Positions 38,912-49,696 of a stretch of 55,583 bases of DNA are shown here, one piece after another. The stretch's first letter is position 1. Every line of letters starts with the position of its first letter. Below the pieces are notes generated by a model that ran no database searches, was not told the DNA's origin, and saw nothing but the letters and a program-made list of their open reading frames with translations. Made by a program: the position numbers and the translations under genes. This DNA is from Oscillospiraceae bacterium (lineage in GTDB: Bacteria; Bacillota; Clostridia; Oscillospirales; Ruminococcaceae): positions 1-55,583 of the forward strand of contig JAGALG010000125.1 in assembly GCA_017848075.1 (NCBI GenBank), read 5' to 3'.

Positions 38912-40609
38912 TTATTTCAAATGTTCTTCTACTGCAGCAAAGAGTTTGTCTGCAATCACTGGGATCTGTTCCCGGTCATTGGTTACGATGGTCAGATATA
39001 CTTTGATTTTTGGTTCAGTACCGGATGGGCGGATGATCACTTTCAGGTTCTGCTCCAGATTGTACTCCAGAATATTGGACAGTGGCAGGCCAATTTCGGA
39101 TTCCTCACCATTGACTGTGCGTTTGCCGTTCTGGTAGTCTGCATAGCCTACAACCTTGTAGCCGGCAATTTCCTGCAGTGGGTTCTGACGCAGAGTGGAC
39201 ATGATGGTTTTCATCTTTTCCATACCGTCCGCACCCTCAAAGTTGTAGCCTTTAACCTGTGCTTTGTAGATGCCATGACGGGAGAAGATCTCCTCCAAAG
39301 CATCGATCAGGGTCATGCCCTTCTGTTTGTAGTACTGGGCCATTTCCACGATGATCATGGAGCCGTTGACAGCATCTTTATCGCGCACATGGTCGCCGGT
39401 CATATAGCCGTAGCTTTCTTCAAAGCCCAGCAGGAAGCGATCCTGTTCTCCTTTATCAGCCAGCAGGGAAACCTGTTCACCGATATATTTGAAGCCGGTA
39501 AGAACATTGATCATTTCTACACCATAGTATTTCGCCACTTCATCAGCCAGAGGGGTGGACACGATGGATTTTACAGCAACAGGGTTCGCAGGCAGCGTGC
39601 CCTGCTCTTTTCTGCAGCGGCAGATATAGTCCAGCATCAGGACACCGGCTTCGTTACCGGTTGGGAGAATGTACTCACCGTTGTGTTTGACTGCACAGCC
39701 TACACGGTCGCAGTCTGGGTCGGTAGCCAGAACCAAATCAGCGTCCAGTTCTTTACAGAGGGCAATGCCCAGCTCCAAAGTTGCTTTTTCTTCCGGGTTT
39801 GGATAGGTGCAGGTTGGGAAGTTGCCGTCTGGAAGTTCCTGCTCCGGAACAACGGTTGTTTTGATACCCATACGGCTCAAAATGCTGCGAACACAGCGGT
39901 TGCCGGCACCGTTCAGTGGAGAGTAAACCACATGGAGATCAGCAGAGGCATCTTTGTTGACACGCAGGCTGTAAACACGATCCAGGAAGGCTTGAACCAA
40001 GCTCTCTGGAATGTATTCGATCAGACCTTTTTCCATGCCTTCTTCAAAACTCATATGCTTCACACCGGTGAAAATATCGGTTTTCTTTGCATATTCCAGA
40101 ACCTGTGCGGCAGCATCCGGGTTCAACTGGCAGCCGTCTGGACCATAGGCTTTGTAGCCATTGTATTTTGCTGGGTTGTGGCTGGCGGTGATAACGATAC
40201 CGGCTTCACATTTCAGCTCACGAACAGCATAGGACAGAACAGGAACCGGCATCAGCTCCGAGAAAATACGAACTTTGATGCCGTTTGCGGCGAACACACA
40301 AGCGGTTTCTTTCGCAAAAACATCACTGTTGATACGGCTGTCATAGCCAATGGCAACGGTGTTGCTTTCGTTTGCCTGGTTCAGATAATCAGACATTGCC
40401 TGTGTTGCCTGACGAACAGTATAAATGTTCATGCGGTTGGTACCAACACCCAGAACACCGCGGAGACCGGCAGTACCAAATTCCAGACTCTTATAGAAGC
40501 GTTCCATGATTTCTTTTTCGTTGCCTTTGATGGCTTCCAGTTCAGCAGCAAGAGCCGGATCTTCCATTGTTACGGATTCCCAGATGTGATAAGTATCCAT
40601 GTAGTTCAT
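38912..40609 (-). CDS. pgm: Phosphoglucomutase/phosphomannomutase
   Basis: FGTAGLRG, TASHNP, DPDCDR, GFEESYG, RPSGTEPKIK; start MNYM after GGAGG. Confidence 0.93.
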   Translation of the reverse strand: MNYMDTYHIWESVTMEDPALAAELEAIKGNEKEIMERFYKSLEFGTAGLRGVLGVGTNRMNIYTVRQATQAMSDYLNQANESNTVAIGYDSRINSDVFAKETACVFAANGIKVRIFSELMPVPVLSYAVRELKCEAGIVITASHNPAKYNGYKAYGPDGCQLNPDAAAQVLEYAKKTDIFTGVKHMSFEEGMEKGLIEYIPESLVQAFLDRVYSLRVNKDASADLHVVYSPLNGAGNRCVRSILSRMGIKTTVVPEQELPDGNFPTCTYPNPEEKATLELGIALCKELDADLVLATDPDCDRVGCAVKHNGEYILPTGNEAGVLMLDYICRCRKEQGTLPANPVAVKSIVSTPLADEVAKYYGVEMINVLTGFKYIGEQVSLLADKGEQDRFLLGFEESYGYMTGDHVRDKDAVNGSMIIVEMAQYYKQKGMTLIDALEEIFSRHGIYKAQVKGYNFEGADGMEKMKTIMSTLRQNPLQEIAGYKVVGYADYQNGKRTVNGEESEIGLPLSNILEYNLEQNLKVIIRPSGTEPKIKVYLTIVTNDREQIPVIADKLFAAVEEHLK

Positions 40610-40820
40610 TGAATAAGCCTCCATTGCTTTATAAAATCGATCTCTTTCCAGAGGTTTCATTCTATTACTTATTATTATAACATAGCTGAAAAGTATTTTA
40701 CACACCATTTGTGCCGAATTTTAGAGCAGATTTTCAGCATAAGAACCTGAGGAAAACATTGAAGCAAAAAAAGAAATGTGATACACTGATTGGTAGCATA
40801 AACTGGAAGGAGGAAGGAGT

Positions 40821-42341
40821 TTGTACTGTCGTTATCAGAGTTATGGAGTAACAGGTATTGAAGCTTATCAGGTGCAGGTCGAAGTGGATCTGGCCAGAGG
40901 AATGCCTAGTTTCGAGATTGTCGGTCTGCCGGATACAGCGGTCAAGGAATCACGGGATCGGGTTCGGGCGGCCATGTCTACCTGTGGCTATGTATTTCCT
41001 TTAGGGAAAACGGTGGTCAATCTGGCTCCGGCCTTTGTGAAGAAGAGCGGCCCGATCTATGATGTTCCGATTCTGCTGGCAATTATGAGTGCCAAAGGCT
41101 ATCTGGAAGAAGCCGGAGACAGCTGTGCTTTTCTGGGAGAGTTGTCTTTGGACGGCACACTGCGCCCGGTACGAGGGGTGCTTTCCATGGTGCTGCAGGC
41201 CAGAGAGGACGGCATTGAAGAAATCTTCCTTCCAAAAGAAAATGCAAAAGAAGCCGCAGTGATCCGGGGGATTCGGGTCTACGGTGCGGCACACATCAAC
41301 GAAATCATTGATCATCTGTCCGGCAGAAGCAAAATGCAGCCTCAGGCTTATGAGCAGCTGCAGGAGCAGGAAATTAACTATCCCATTGATTTAAGTGATG
41401 TCAAAGGTCAGCCTTTAGCGAAACGGGCTTTGGAAGTAGCAGCAGCTGGTGGCCATAACCTGCTGTTTATTGGTCCTCCCGGTACTGGCAAAAGTATGCT
41501 GGCCAAAAGAATTCCTACCATTTTGCCGCCATTGACAGAGCAGGAAGCCATTGAAACCGCCAAGGTTCATTCCGTAGCCGGTTTACTGGAAGATGGTCTA
41601 AAGGTACAGAGACCCTTCCGTTCTCCGCATCATTCTGTCAGCCCGGCAGGTTTAGCAGGAGGCGGATCCAATCCGCTGCCCGGTGAGATCTCTCTGGCAC
41701 ACAATGGCGTTTTGTTTTTGGACGAGCTGCCGGAATTCAGCCGACAATCCATTGAGATCCTGCGGCAGCCCATTGAAGACGGAGTCGTCACCATTTCCCG
41801 TGCCAATTCCCGGGTGACCTATCCCTGTAATGCGATGGTGGTAGCAGCCATGAATCCTTGTCCCTGCGGTTATCTGGGACATCCGGGCTTTGACTGCCGC
41901 TGTACAGAAAAGGCGGTGGACAAGTATCTTTCCAAGGTGTCCGGACCATTACTGGACCGCATGGATATTCAGGTGGAAGTTGCTCCCTTGGAGTATAAGG
42001 ATCTGACTTCCCAAAAAGAAGAGGAGACTTCAGCACAGGTTCGGGAGAGGATCTGTAAAGCGAGGACAATACAGGAACAGCGCTTCCGTGGAACAGAAAC
42101 GATCTGCAATGCAGGTATGACGACAACGCAGCTGCGGCAGTTCTGCCAGCTGACAGAAGAAGCCTCCAAGCGTATGGCCGCAGCTTTTGATCGTATGGGG
42201 CTTTCCGGTCGCGCGTATGATCGTATTTTAAAGGTATCCCGTACCATTGCCGATTTGGAGGGCAGTGAGCGGATCGAGAGCCGCCATTTGATGGAGGCTC
42301 TGCAATATCGTTCTCTGGACAGAAAATACTGGAGAAGATAG
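40821..42341 (+). CDS. comM: YifB/ComM family Mg-chelatase-like AAA+ ATPase
   Basis: VGLPDTAVKESRDRV, GPPGTGKSM, RPFRSPHH, GEISLAHNGVLFLDELPEF, NPCPCG. Confidence 0.92.
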   Translation: MYCRYQSYGVTGIEAYQVQVEVDLARGMPSFEIVGLPDTAVKESRDRVRAAMSTCGYVFPLGKTVVNLAPAFVKKSGPIYDVPILLAIMSAKGYLEEAGDSCAFLGELSLDGTLRPVRGVLSMVLQAREDGIEEIFLPKENAKEAAVIRGIRVYGAAHINEIIDHLSGRSKMQPQAYEQLQEQEINYPIDLSDVKGQPLAKRALEVAAAGGHNLLFIGPPGTGKSMLAKRIPTILPPLTEQEAIETAKVHSVAGLLEDGLKVQRPFRSPHHSVSPAGLAGGGSNPLPGEISLAHNGVLFLDELPEFSRQSIEILRQPIEDGVVTISRANSRVTYPCNAMVVAAMNPCPCGYLGHPGFDCRCTEKAVDKYLSKVSGPLLDRMDIQVEVAPLEYKDLTSQKEEETSAQVRERICKARTIQEQRFRGTETICNAGMTTTQLRQFCQLTEEASKRMAAAFDRMGLSGRAYDRILKVSRTIADLEGSERIESRHLMEALQYRSLDRKYWRR

Positions 42342-42356
42342 AAAGGAGTTTGTTTT

Positions 42357-43265
42357 ATGGGAAAAATGAAACTGACAAAAGAGGCTTTGCTGCAGAATTT
42401 AGGAACCCTTGCAGTGATTTTTCTGGGTAACTTTTTGCTGGCAGCAGGTATTATGATCTTTGTTGAACCAATGAACTTCATGACCGGCGGTGCCACTGGT
42501 TTGGGTCTGCTTTTGGAGCATACGACTGGTCTCCAGTTGTCTACCGGTGTTGCTTTGGTAAACATTGCGATGTTCCTAGTAGGACTGGTAATATTGGGCA
42601 AGGGCTTTGCAGCAACGACCTTGCTGAGTACCTTCCTGTACCCGGCTGCATTGGCAATTTTGGAACGGATTCCTTCTGTTGCAACAATGAATAATGACCC
42701 GCTGCTGGCGGCCATTTTTGGCGGCGGCCTGGTGGGCTTGGGTGTTGGCTTGGTGATTCGTGTGGGCTCCTCTACTGGTGGCATGGATATTCCGCCAATT
42801 ATTCTCCAGAGAAAATTGGGTATCCCAGTCGCCATTGGTGTCAATGTTCTGGATTTCTGCATTATGCTGACACAGGTACCTTATTCTAATCCACAGACAC
42901 TGTTCTATAGTTTGATGGTTATTCTCAGTACCACCATTGTAATGGATAAAGTAGCTATGATTGGTGTGACTCAGACACAGGTCATGGTCATCAGTGGCAA
43001 ATACATGGAGATCAGCCATGCGATCCAGGAAAAAATCGATCGAGGCACCACTTTGCTGGAGGCAGTCAGCGGTCGCTTGAAACAGCCTCAGAAGGTGGTT
43101 ATGTCTGTTATCAGCAACCGCCAGCTCCACGAGTTGACCGGTCTTGTAAAATCCATTGACCCCAACGCTTTCCTCATTGTAAACCGCATTAACGAAGTTC
43201 ACGGCAACGGTTTTACCTTAAAATTGGAGGATAAGCCATTGATTGAGGTACCGGAGGACAAATAA
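42357..43265 (+). CDS. YitT family membrane protein
   Basis: GGATG, GSSTGGMDI, RGTT, IDPNAF..EVHGNGF C-terminus. Confidence 0.9.
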   Translation: MGKMKLTKEALLQNLGTLAVIFLGNFLLAAGIMIFVEPMNFMTGGATGLGLLLEHTTGLQLSTGVALVNIAMFLVGLVILGKGFAATTLLSTFLYPAALAILERIPSVATMNNDPLLAAIFGGGLVGLGVGLVIRVGSSTGGMDIPPIILQRKLGIPVAIGVNVLDFCIMLTQVPYSNPQTLFYSLMVILSTTIVMDKVAMIGVTQTQVMVISGKYMEISHAIQEKIDRGTTLLEAVSGRLKQPQKVVMSVISNRQLHELTGLVKSIDPNAFLIVNRINEVHGNGFTLKLEDKPLIEVPEDK

Positions 43266-43370
43266 ACTGGGAATTTTGCTGTTTTTTTAAAAGTGCCTTG
43301 CTTTTTTGAAACAGTTGTGATATTATATACCATGTTATTTTTCGTGTAAACAGAAAGAGGTGACTCCGTA

Positions 43371-43574
43371 ATGAAACAGGGTATCCATCCTAAGTATGAG
43401 CCAACAGTAGTAAGATGTGCATGTGGTGCAGAATTTGAAACTCGTTCTACCAAAAAGGATCTGCGCGTTGAAATTTGTTCCAAGTGTCATCCTTTCTTTA
43501 CTGGCAGACAGAAACTGGTAGATTCTGGCGGCCGTGTAGATCGCTTCAACAAACGCTTCAACATGGGCAAATAA
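43371..43574 (+). CDS. rpmE: 50S ribosomal protein L31 (Zn-binding type)
   Basis: [29 protein letters not shown]. Confidence 0.98.
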   Translation: MKQGIHPKYEPTVVRCACGAEFETRSTKKDLRVEICSKCHPFFTGRQKLVDSGGRVDRFNKRFNMGK

Positions 43575-43655
43575 TGGCAAAAGCCATTCAAGGCGGTGCA
43601 GAATCTGCACCGCCTTTCTTTTACTTCTGACCCCATTTTCCAAGGAGGCTGTACC

Positions 43656-44279
43656 ATGAAAGAATATGTCACCATTGCCGCCCCGGCGCAGGACGATTTC
43701 TTTGAGAGAAAGTCCCAGTTTATCGGTTATATTGCTCCGGTCAGCACGGAGGAGGAAGCGCTGGCCTTTCTTGCAGAGATTCGAACGAAGCACAGAGATG
43801 CCAGACATAACTGCTTTGCCTATGTGCTGCAGAGCGGTGTAAAAAGAGCCTCTGATGATGGAGAACCTCAGGGTACGGCCGGTGTTCCGATTCTGGATGT
43901 CGTAGAACGGGAAAGAATCACTGATGTGATCGTCGTAGTGACCCGTTACTTCGGCGGTATTCTCTTGGGTGCCGGTGGTCTGGTGCGAGCCTATGCTCAC
44001 GCAGCAAAGTTGGCAGTGGACGCAGCCCAGCGCAAGGTTATGAGCCCGGCTGTTTTGGTGCAGGTCAACATGGATTACAATCAGTACGGTAAAATCAACA
44101 ATGTGTTGTCCAAATATACTTGCATTGTACAGGATACCGCTTTTACCGATCTGGTCTCTATGAAGATCCTGTTCATTGAGCGGGATTTGGAACCCTTCCG
44201 TGCAGAATTGACGGAAATGACTGCGGCGACGGTGCAGGCAGAGGAACTGGAACGCTGTATGGGCGAGTTTCCTCTGTAA
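43656..44279 (+). CDS. YigZ/IMPACT family protein
   Basis: KSQFIG, ARHNCFAY, SDDGEPQGTAG, VTRYFGGILLGAGGLVRAY. Confidence 0.94.
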   Translation: MKEYVTIAAPAQDDFFERKSQFIGYIAPVSTEEEALAFLAEIRTKHRDARHNCFAYVLQSGVKRASDDGEPQGTAGVPILDVVERERITDVIVVVTRYFGGILLGAGGLVRAYAHAAKLAVDAAQRKVMSPAVLVQVNMDYNQYGKINNVLSKYTCIVQDTAFTDLVSMKILFIERDLEPFRAELTEMTAATVQAEELERCMGEFPL

Positions 44280-44512
44280 AATGCGGTTCTTTATCGGAAA
44301 ATCGGGAGAAAATCGCAAAATTTCAAAAAAACTTCTGCTTTTTTGCAGGAGTTTTTTATTTTATTCCGTATAATTATTATAGGGAAACTATCGAACCAAA
44401 GGTTTTTGTTTCCTTTTGGCACAATGAACAGGCTTTTTTGACAGCGCTTTTGCAAATGCGGGCATACTAAAGAGTGACGCTGTCTGCAAAAACGGTCGGA
44501 AAGGAGGAAAGC

Positions 44513-46270
44513 ATGATCCCTGATTCCTTTATTCAGGATCTGAAAGCATCCTGTGACATTGAAGATATTGTTTCTGCTTATGTGAAACTGACCCGAAAGG
44601 GTAAAAATCTGGTAGGATTGTGCCCGTTCCATTCCGAAAAAACGGGTTCGTTCTTTGTATACCCCCAAACCCAATCCTTCTACTGCTTTGGCTGTGGGGC
44701 CGGTGGCGATACCATCACCTTCCTGAAGCGAATTGAGAATTTGGACTATGTGGAGGCCATCCGTCTGATGGCACAGAAGGCCGGTATTCCTGTTCCGGAG
44801 GATTCTGTGGACGATCGGGGAGCGAGACTGAGAGCACGAACCTTGGAGATCAATCGGGAAACGGCGCGCTTTTATCATCAGTGCTTGACTTCGGAAATAG
44901 GCAAAGAAGCCTATCGCTATTTGATCGAACGAGGACGGACGCCTAAAATTATCCGACGCTTTGGTTTGGGTTATGCACCGGATGATTGGAACTCACTGGT
45001 GGATCACCTGAAATCCAAAGGCTTCCGGGAGGATGAAATGGTTGCCTCCGGAATCTGTGGACGGACAAAAAACGGCGGCCTGTACGATCGTTTTCGTGGA
45101 AGAGTGATTTTTCCTATTATTGACCTGCGGGGCAATGTGGTAGCCTTTGGTGGACGAGCTATGGGAGAACGAGGCCCCAAATATTTAAACTCCTCGGATA
45201 CACCGGTGTTTAAGAAGAGTAAAAACCTGTTTGCACTGAATTTTGCAAAAGCCTCCAAGGCGCCGAATCTGATTCTGGCTGAAGGCTATATGGATGTTAT
45301 CGCCATTCATCAGGCGGGCTTTGATAATGCGGTAGCGACACTGGGTACTTCCCTGACGGAAGAACAGGCCAGAATTATCGCCCAGTATACAGACACCATT
45401 ATCATTGCCTATGACTCGGATAATGCAGGACAGGCAGCAACCAAGCGGGCTATCAACATTTTTTCCGAAGTAGGTGTCAAGGTCAATGTGCTGAACATTC
45501 CCAATGCCAAGGACCCGGACGAATTTCTGCAGAAATTCGGGCCGGAACGCTTCCAGCAGCTGCTGGAGGGCTGTACCAACGCTCTGGAATTTGAAATCAG
45601 CAAGATTCGGAATAAGTACGATGTTTCCACACCAGATGGGAAGGTCAGCTTCCTGAAGGACTTTGCCCGTTTGCTGGCAGATATCCGTAATCCTTTGGAA
45701 CGGGAGGTCTACCTGACCAAAACAGCAGAAGAACTGGGTGTATCTCCGGACGCCATCACAGCGCAGATCCGCTCTATTCAAAAGGGGCGGCGCAGCGCGC
45801 AGGCCAAAAAGGAAAAGAACGACACCAGTATTTATATCGGTGACATTGCTTCGGGCCGCAAGGATCTGGACCGCAAACGCAATTTGAAATATGCGGTGGC
45901 TGAGGAGCACATTATTGAGATTCTGATCAAAAATCAGGATTATGTGCCCTATTTCCTGAACAAGTGCAGCCCCGGAGAATTTGTAACAGAAGTGAACCGT
46001 GAAATCGTCACACTGATCTGCGACCGTGTTATGGCCCACCGTTCGGTGGAGCCGATGGCATTGTCGGCAGATTTATCCACTGAGGCGATGGATCGTTTAT
46101 CGGGCATCCTTGCCTCCGATACCATTCAGCGGGCAGAACGCAGCCAGTTGGATGAGTATATCGCCATTGTGAAAGAACATCGCAGTGCAAGATCGGAGCA
46201 GGAGATCGCCAATATGGATCCCGAAGAGTATTTACGCTATGTGGAATCCTTAAAAGCAAGAAAGAGTTAG
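44513..46270 (+). CDS. dnaG: DNA primase
   Basis: [12 protein letters not shown] Zn finger, [37 protein letters not shown]. Confidence 0.97.
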   Translation: MIPDSFIQDLKASCDIEDIVSAYVKLTRKGKNLVGLCPFHSEKTGSFFVYPQTQSFYCFGCGAGGDTITFLKRIENLDYVEAIRLMAQKAGIPVPEDSVDDRGARLRARTLEINRETARFYHQCLTSEIGKEAYRYLIERGRTPKIIRRFGLGYAPDDWNSLVDHLKSKGFREDEMVASGICGRTKNGGLYDRFRGRVIFPIIDLRGNVVAFGGRAMGERGPKYLNSSDTPVFKKSKNLFALNFAKASKAPNLILAEGYMDVIAIHQAGFDNAVATLGTSLTEEQARIIAQYTDTIIIAYDSDNAGQAATKRAINIFSEVGVKVNVLNIPNAKDPDEFLQKFGPERFQQLLEGCTNALEFEISKIRNKYDVSTPDGKVSFLKDFARLLADIRNPLEREVYLTKTAEELGVSPDAITAQIRSIQKGRRSAQAKKEKNDTSIYIGDIASGRKDLDRKRNLKYAVAEEHIIEILIKNQDYVPYFLNKCSPGEFVTEVNREIVTLICDRVMAHRSVEPMALSADLSTEAMDRLSGILASDTIQRAERSQLDEYIAIVKEHRSARSEQEIANMDPEEYLRYVESLKARKS

Positions 46271-46280
46271 GGGGAAGACT

Positions 46281-47369
46281 ATGGCAAACGCGAACAAAGA
46301 CAAGAAAGCGGTCATTTTCGAGCTGATCGAGTCTGGCAAAGCCAACGGTAAGTTGACGGCGCAGGAAATCAACGATGCGCTGGAGCAGCTGGACTTCGAT
46401 GTAGAAAAGGTGGATAAGCTGTATGATACACTGGAGCAGCTGAACATCGATATAGTGGATGACCTGGATTTGAGCGAGCTGGAGAAAAAAGGTACCGAGC
46501 CGGTGGAAGATGATGAGGCGCTGCTGTCTGTTGACGGCATCAACATCGATGACCCGGTAAAAGTGTACCTGAAAGAGATCGGTCGTGTACCGCTGCTGAC
46601 TCCAGAGGAGGAAGTGGAACTGGCAGAGCGTATGGCAGATGGTGATCCTTATGCAAGAAAACGCCTGTCTGAGGCAAACCTGCGTCTGGTTGTATCCATT
46701 GCAAAACGCTATGTAGGCCGTGGTATGCAGTTCCTGGATCTGATTCAGGAGGGCAACCTGGGTCTGATCAAAGCAGTAGAGAAATTTGACCACACAAAAG
46801 GCTTCAAATTCTCCACTTATGCGACCTGGTGGATTCGTCAGGCAATTACCCGTGCAATTGCTGACCAGGCAAGAACCATTCGTATTCCGGTACACATGGT
46901 AGAGACCATCAATAAAGTGAAAAAGGTTTCCAGCCAGTTACTGCACAAAAACGGACATGATCCAACAGCAGAAGAAATTGCTGCTGAGCTGGATATGCCT
47001 TTGGATAAGGTTCGTGAGATTATGCGTGTAGCTCAAGAGCCGGTTTCTCTGGAAACCCCAATTGGTGAGGAAGAGGACAGCCATCTGGGCGACTTTATTC
47101 CGGACGATGACGCTCCAGCACCTGCAGATGCAGCTTCCCATACTCTGCTGAGAGAGGAGCTGGAAGATGTCCTTTCCACTCTGACCCCAAGAGAGAAAAA
47201 AGTTCTGGAGCTGCGTTTTGGTCTGGTAGATGGCAGAAACCGTACTCTGGAAGAGGTAGGCAAAGAATTTAATGTTACCCGCGAGCGAATCCGTCAGATC
47301 GAAGCCAAGGCTCTGCGCAAACTGCGTCATCCAAGCCGCAGCAAACGACTGAAAGATTTCCTTGACTAA
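46281..47369 (+). CDS. rpoD: RNA polymerase primary sigma factor SigA/RpoD
   Basis: [62 protein letters not shown]; follows dnaG. Confidence 0.98.
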   Translation: MANANKDKKAVIFELIESGKANGKLTAQEINDALEQLDFDVEKVDKLYDTLEQLNIDIVDDLDLSELEKKGTEPVEDDEALLSVDGINIDDPVKVYLKEIGRVPLLTPEEEVELAERMADGDPYARKRLSEANLRLVVSIAKRYVGRGMQFLDLIQEGNLGLIKAVEKFDHTKGFKFSTYATWWIRQAITRAIADQARTIRIPVHMVETINKVKKVSSQLLHKNGHDPTAEEIAAELDMPLDKVREIMRVAQEPVSLETPIGEEEDSHLGDFIPDDDAPAPADAASHTLLREELEDVLSTLTPREKKVLELRFGLVDGRNRTLEEVGKEFNVTRERIRQIEAKALRKLRHPSRSKRLKDFLD

Positions 47370-47390
47370 AGAAATCGGAGAGGTGAAACT

Positions 47391-47780
47391 ATGCGCTTTA
47401 CGATGGAAACCGATTATGCGATCCGAATCGTTCATTGTCTGGCAAAGGCCGGAAAGCGAATGGATGCCAAGACCATTGCGGAGCAATCCGGAGTAACCCT
47501 GCGTTTCTCCCTGAAAATTCTGCGGAAGCTGGTTGCTGCAGGTATTATTAAATCCTTCAAGGGTACACAGGGCGGTTATGAGATCGGCCGTCCTTTGGAT
47601 GAAATCTCTTTGTACGATGTGATCCGTACTGTGGAAGGAGAGTACCATCTTTCCCGCTGTCAGGATGCAGACTATGACTGCGGACGCAGAAGCCCCTGTA
47701 AATTCCGTAAGATCTTCTGTGAGATCTCCAAAGAAGTGCAGGAAAAGCTGGAATCCCATAAGTTTTCTGAGTTTATGTAA
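47391..47780 (+). CDS. Rrf2 family transcriptional regulator
   Basis: DYAIR, GIIKSFKGTQGGY, ISLYDVIRTVEG, Cys cluster C-x6-C-x5-C. Confidence 0.92.
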   Translation: MRFTMETDYAIRIVHCLAKAGKRMDAKTIAEQSGVTLRFSLKILRKLVAAGIIKSFKGTQGGYEIGRPLDEISLYDVIRTVEGEYHLSRCQDADYDCGRRSPCKFRKIFCEISKEVQEKLESHKFSEFM

Positions 47781-47826
47781 ACGATATAGAAAAAAGGCGG
47801 CCAACGGCCGCCTTTTTTGCGTGAGG

Positions 47827-48060
47827 TTACATGATGTGTTCCTGAGCGCAGTTGTCCACGACCCGGACACCCATGCGATCCCGTGCCGCTACCCGATATT
47901 CCGCAATGGAAAGATAATCGTAAGAAGGGCAGATCCGCTTTTCGGGATTGATGCGAATATTGTCCACAATATCCCGTGGAATGTCCGAAGTATCCGCCGG
48001 ACGGGGATAGTCCTGTGTGCCGTACTGACTGTGAGGAGAGGGCTGTGCTTTATATTTCAT
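47827..48060 (-). CDS. 77-aa small hypothetical protein (MKYKAQPSPHSQYG...), possibly forespore-expressed
   Basis: GAGGTG RBS; GAATA-N17-CATCCTG SigG-like promoter; converges on the terminator at about 47790-47818. Confidence 0.6.
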   Translation of the reverse strand: MKYKAQPSPHSQYGTQDYPRPADTSDIPRDIVDNIRINPEKRICPSYDYLSIAEYRVAARDRMGVRVVDNCAQEHIM

Positions 48061-48274
48061 CGATATCACCTCATAGACAGGATGTGCAGAGAAAAGAAGG
48101 ATATTCAAAGAATCCAAGGGGAAGGTTATAGAGAGAAGTCATAAGAAAATTATTGGAAAAACCTTTATTCTTTCCTGTTTCGTGTTATAATACAATCGTT
48201 AGAACAGAGCGGGGGATCTTGCTCTGTTTTCAATGCTATGAGTAAAAAGTATTCTTGTGAGGAGGGCTGCAGAT

Positions 48275-49681
48275 ATGGTTTTTGCAAATCTGATTTTTAT
48301 TTACATATTTCTGCCGCTGAATTTGCTGCTTTATTTTTCCACGAAAAATAAAGCCTTCCGAAATGCGATTTTGGTTGTATTTTCATTATTCTTTTATGCT
48401 TGGGGAGAGCCGGTATGGGTTAGTTTACTGTTGTTCTCCGCAGTGATCGACTACTGCCACGGCCGAATCATCGAAAAGCACCCGGGGCAATGGCAGGCAA
48501 AGGCGGCAGTTGCGTCATCTTTGATCCTGAATTTAGGCCTTTTGGGTATTTTTAAATACAGCGGCTTCTTAGTAGAGAACATCAATGCGCTGCTTGGTAT
48601 TGGTTTGCCGGTACCGGTCTTTGCGTTGCCAATTGGTATTTCCTTCTACACTTTCCAGACGATTTCTTACACGGTAGATGTGTACCGTGGTGAGGTGCAG
48701 GCTCAACATTCCTTCGGGAAGTTCCTTATGTATGTTTGCAGCTACCATCAGTTGGTGGCTGGCCCGATCGTTCGCTATAGTGATATTGCAAAAGAGATCG
48801 AAGACCGTCACACAACAGTACAGGACTTCAGCGAAGGCGTGACGAAGTTCTGTATCGGCTTAGCGAAAAAAGTAATGATTGCCAATGTGGCGGGTCAGAT
48901 GGTGAAACTCTATCTGGATGGCGATGTAAGCCAACTGTCCGTAGCCGGAGCATGGTTTGGCGTTCTGATGTACTCCATTCAGCTGTACTACGATTTTTCC
49001 GGTTACTCGGATATGGCCATCGGTTTGGGCCGTATCTTTGGCTTCCATTATCCGATCAACTTCAACTATCCTTATATTTCAAAAAGCGTGACCGAATTCT
49101 GGCGCCGCTGGCATATGACATTGGGCAGCTTCTTCCGGGACTATGTGTATATTCCGCTGGGAGGCAATCGTCGCCATCAATGGCTGAACATTGCCGTTGT
49201 TTGGTTCCTGACCGGTCTGTGGCATGGTGCAAGCTGGAACTTCATTCTTTGGGGCGTTTATTACGGTGTCCTGCTGGTGATTGAAAAGGTATTTCTGTTG
49301 AAAGTACTGAAGAAAATACCAGCAGTATTCGGCCACTGCTATGCATTGTTGGCAGCTGTGGTTGGCTGGGCTATTTTCTATGTGACCGATATGGATAGAT
49401 TGGGCGCTCTGTTGTCCACGATGTTTGGCCTGTCCGGTGCGGCACTGACCGATCTGCAGCTGACCATTACCGTACAGAACAATATGTTCTGGCTGCTTGC
49501 TGCGGTGATTTTCTGCATCCCCATTACCCAGTGGATCAAGGGAAAAGTACAGAGCTTGTCGGAACAGAAACAGGCTCTTTGCCACAGCTTTGCCGCTGTA
49601 ATGAATATCGCTATTCTGTTCCTTTGTACTGCCCTGTTGGTGGGACAGAGCTATAACCCATTCCTTTATTTCCGTTTCTAA
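48275..49681 (+). CDS. MBOAT family O-acyltransferase (AlgI/DltB-like)
   Basis: LPIGISFYTFQ, AGPIVRY, DFSGYSDMAIG, EFWRRWH, GLWHGA. Confidence 0.94.
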   Translation: MVFANLIFIYIFLPLNLLLYFSTKNKAFRNAILVVFSLFFYAWGEPVWVSLLLFSAVIDYCHGRIIEKHPGQWQAKAAVASSLILNLGLLGIFKYSGFLVENINALLGIGLPVPVFALPIGISFYTFQTISYTVDVYRGEVQAQHSFGKFLMYVCSYHQLVAGPIVRYSDIAKEIEDRHTTVQDFSEGVTKFCIGLAKKVMIANVAGQMVKLYLDGDVSQLSVAGAWFGVLMYSIQLYYDFSGYSDMAIGLGRIFGFHYPINFNYPYISKSVTEFWRRWHMTLGSFFRDYVYIPLGGNRRHQWLNIAVVWFLTGLWHGASWNFILWGVYYGVLLVIEKVFLLKVLKKIPAVFGHCYALLAAVVGWAIFYVTDMDRLGALLSTMFGLSGAALTDLQLTITVQNNMFWLLAAVIFCIPITQWIKGKVQSLSEQKQALCHSFAAVMNIAILFLCTALLVGQSYNPFLYFRF

Positions 49682-49696
49682 GGAGGTCAGACAGAG

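Noticed and set aside
43331-43370. Possible L31 autoregulatory leader upstream of rpmE
   Set aside because: Only a weak AT-rich hairpin is visible; it cannot be supported without a covariance-model search.
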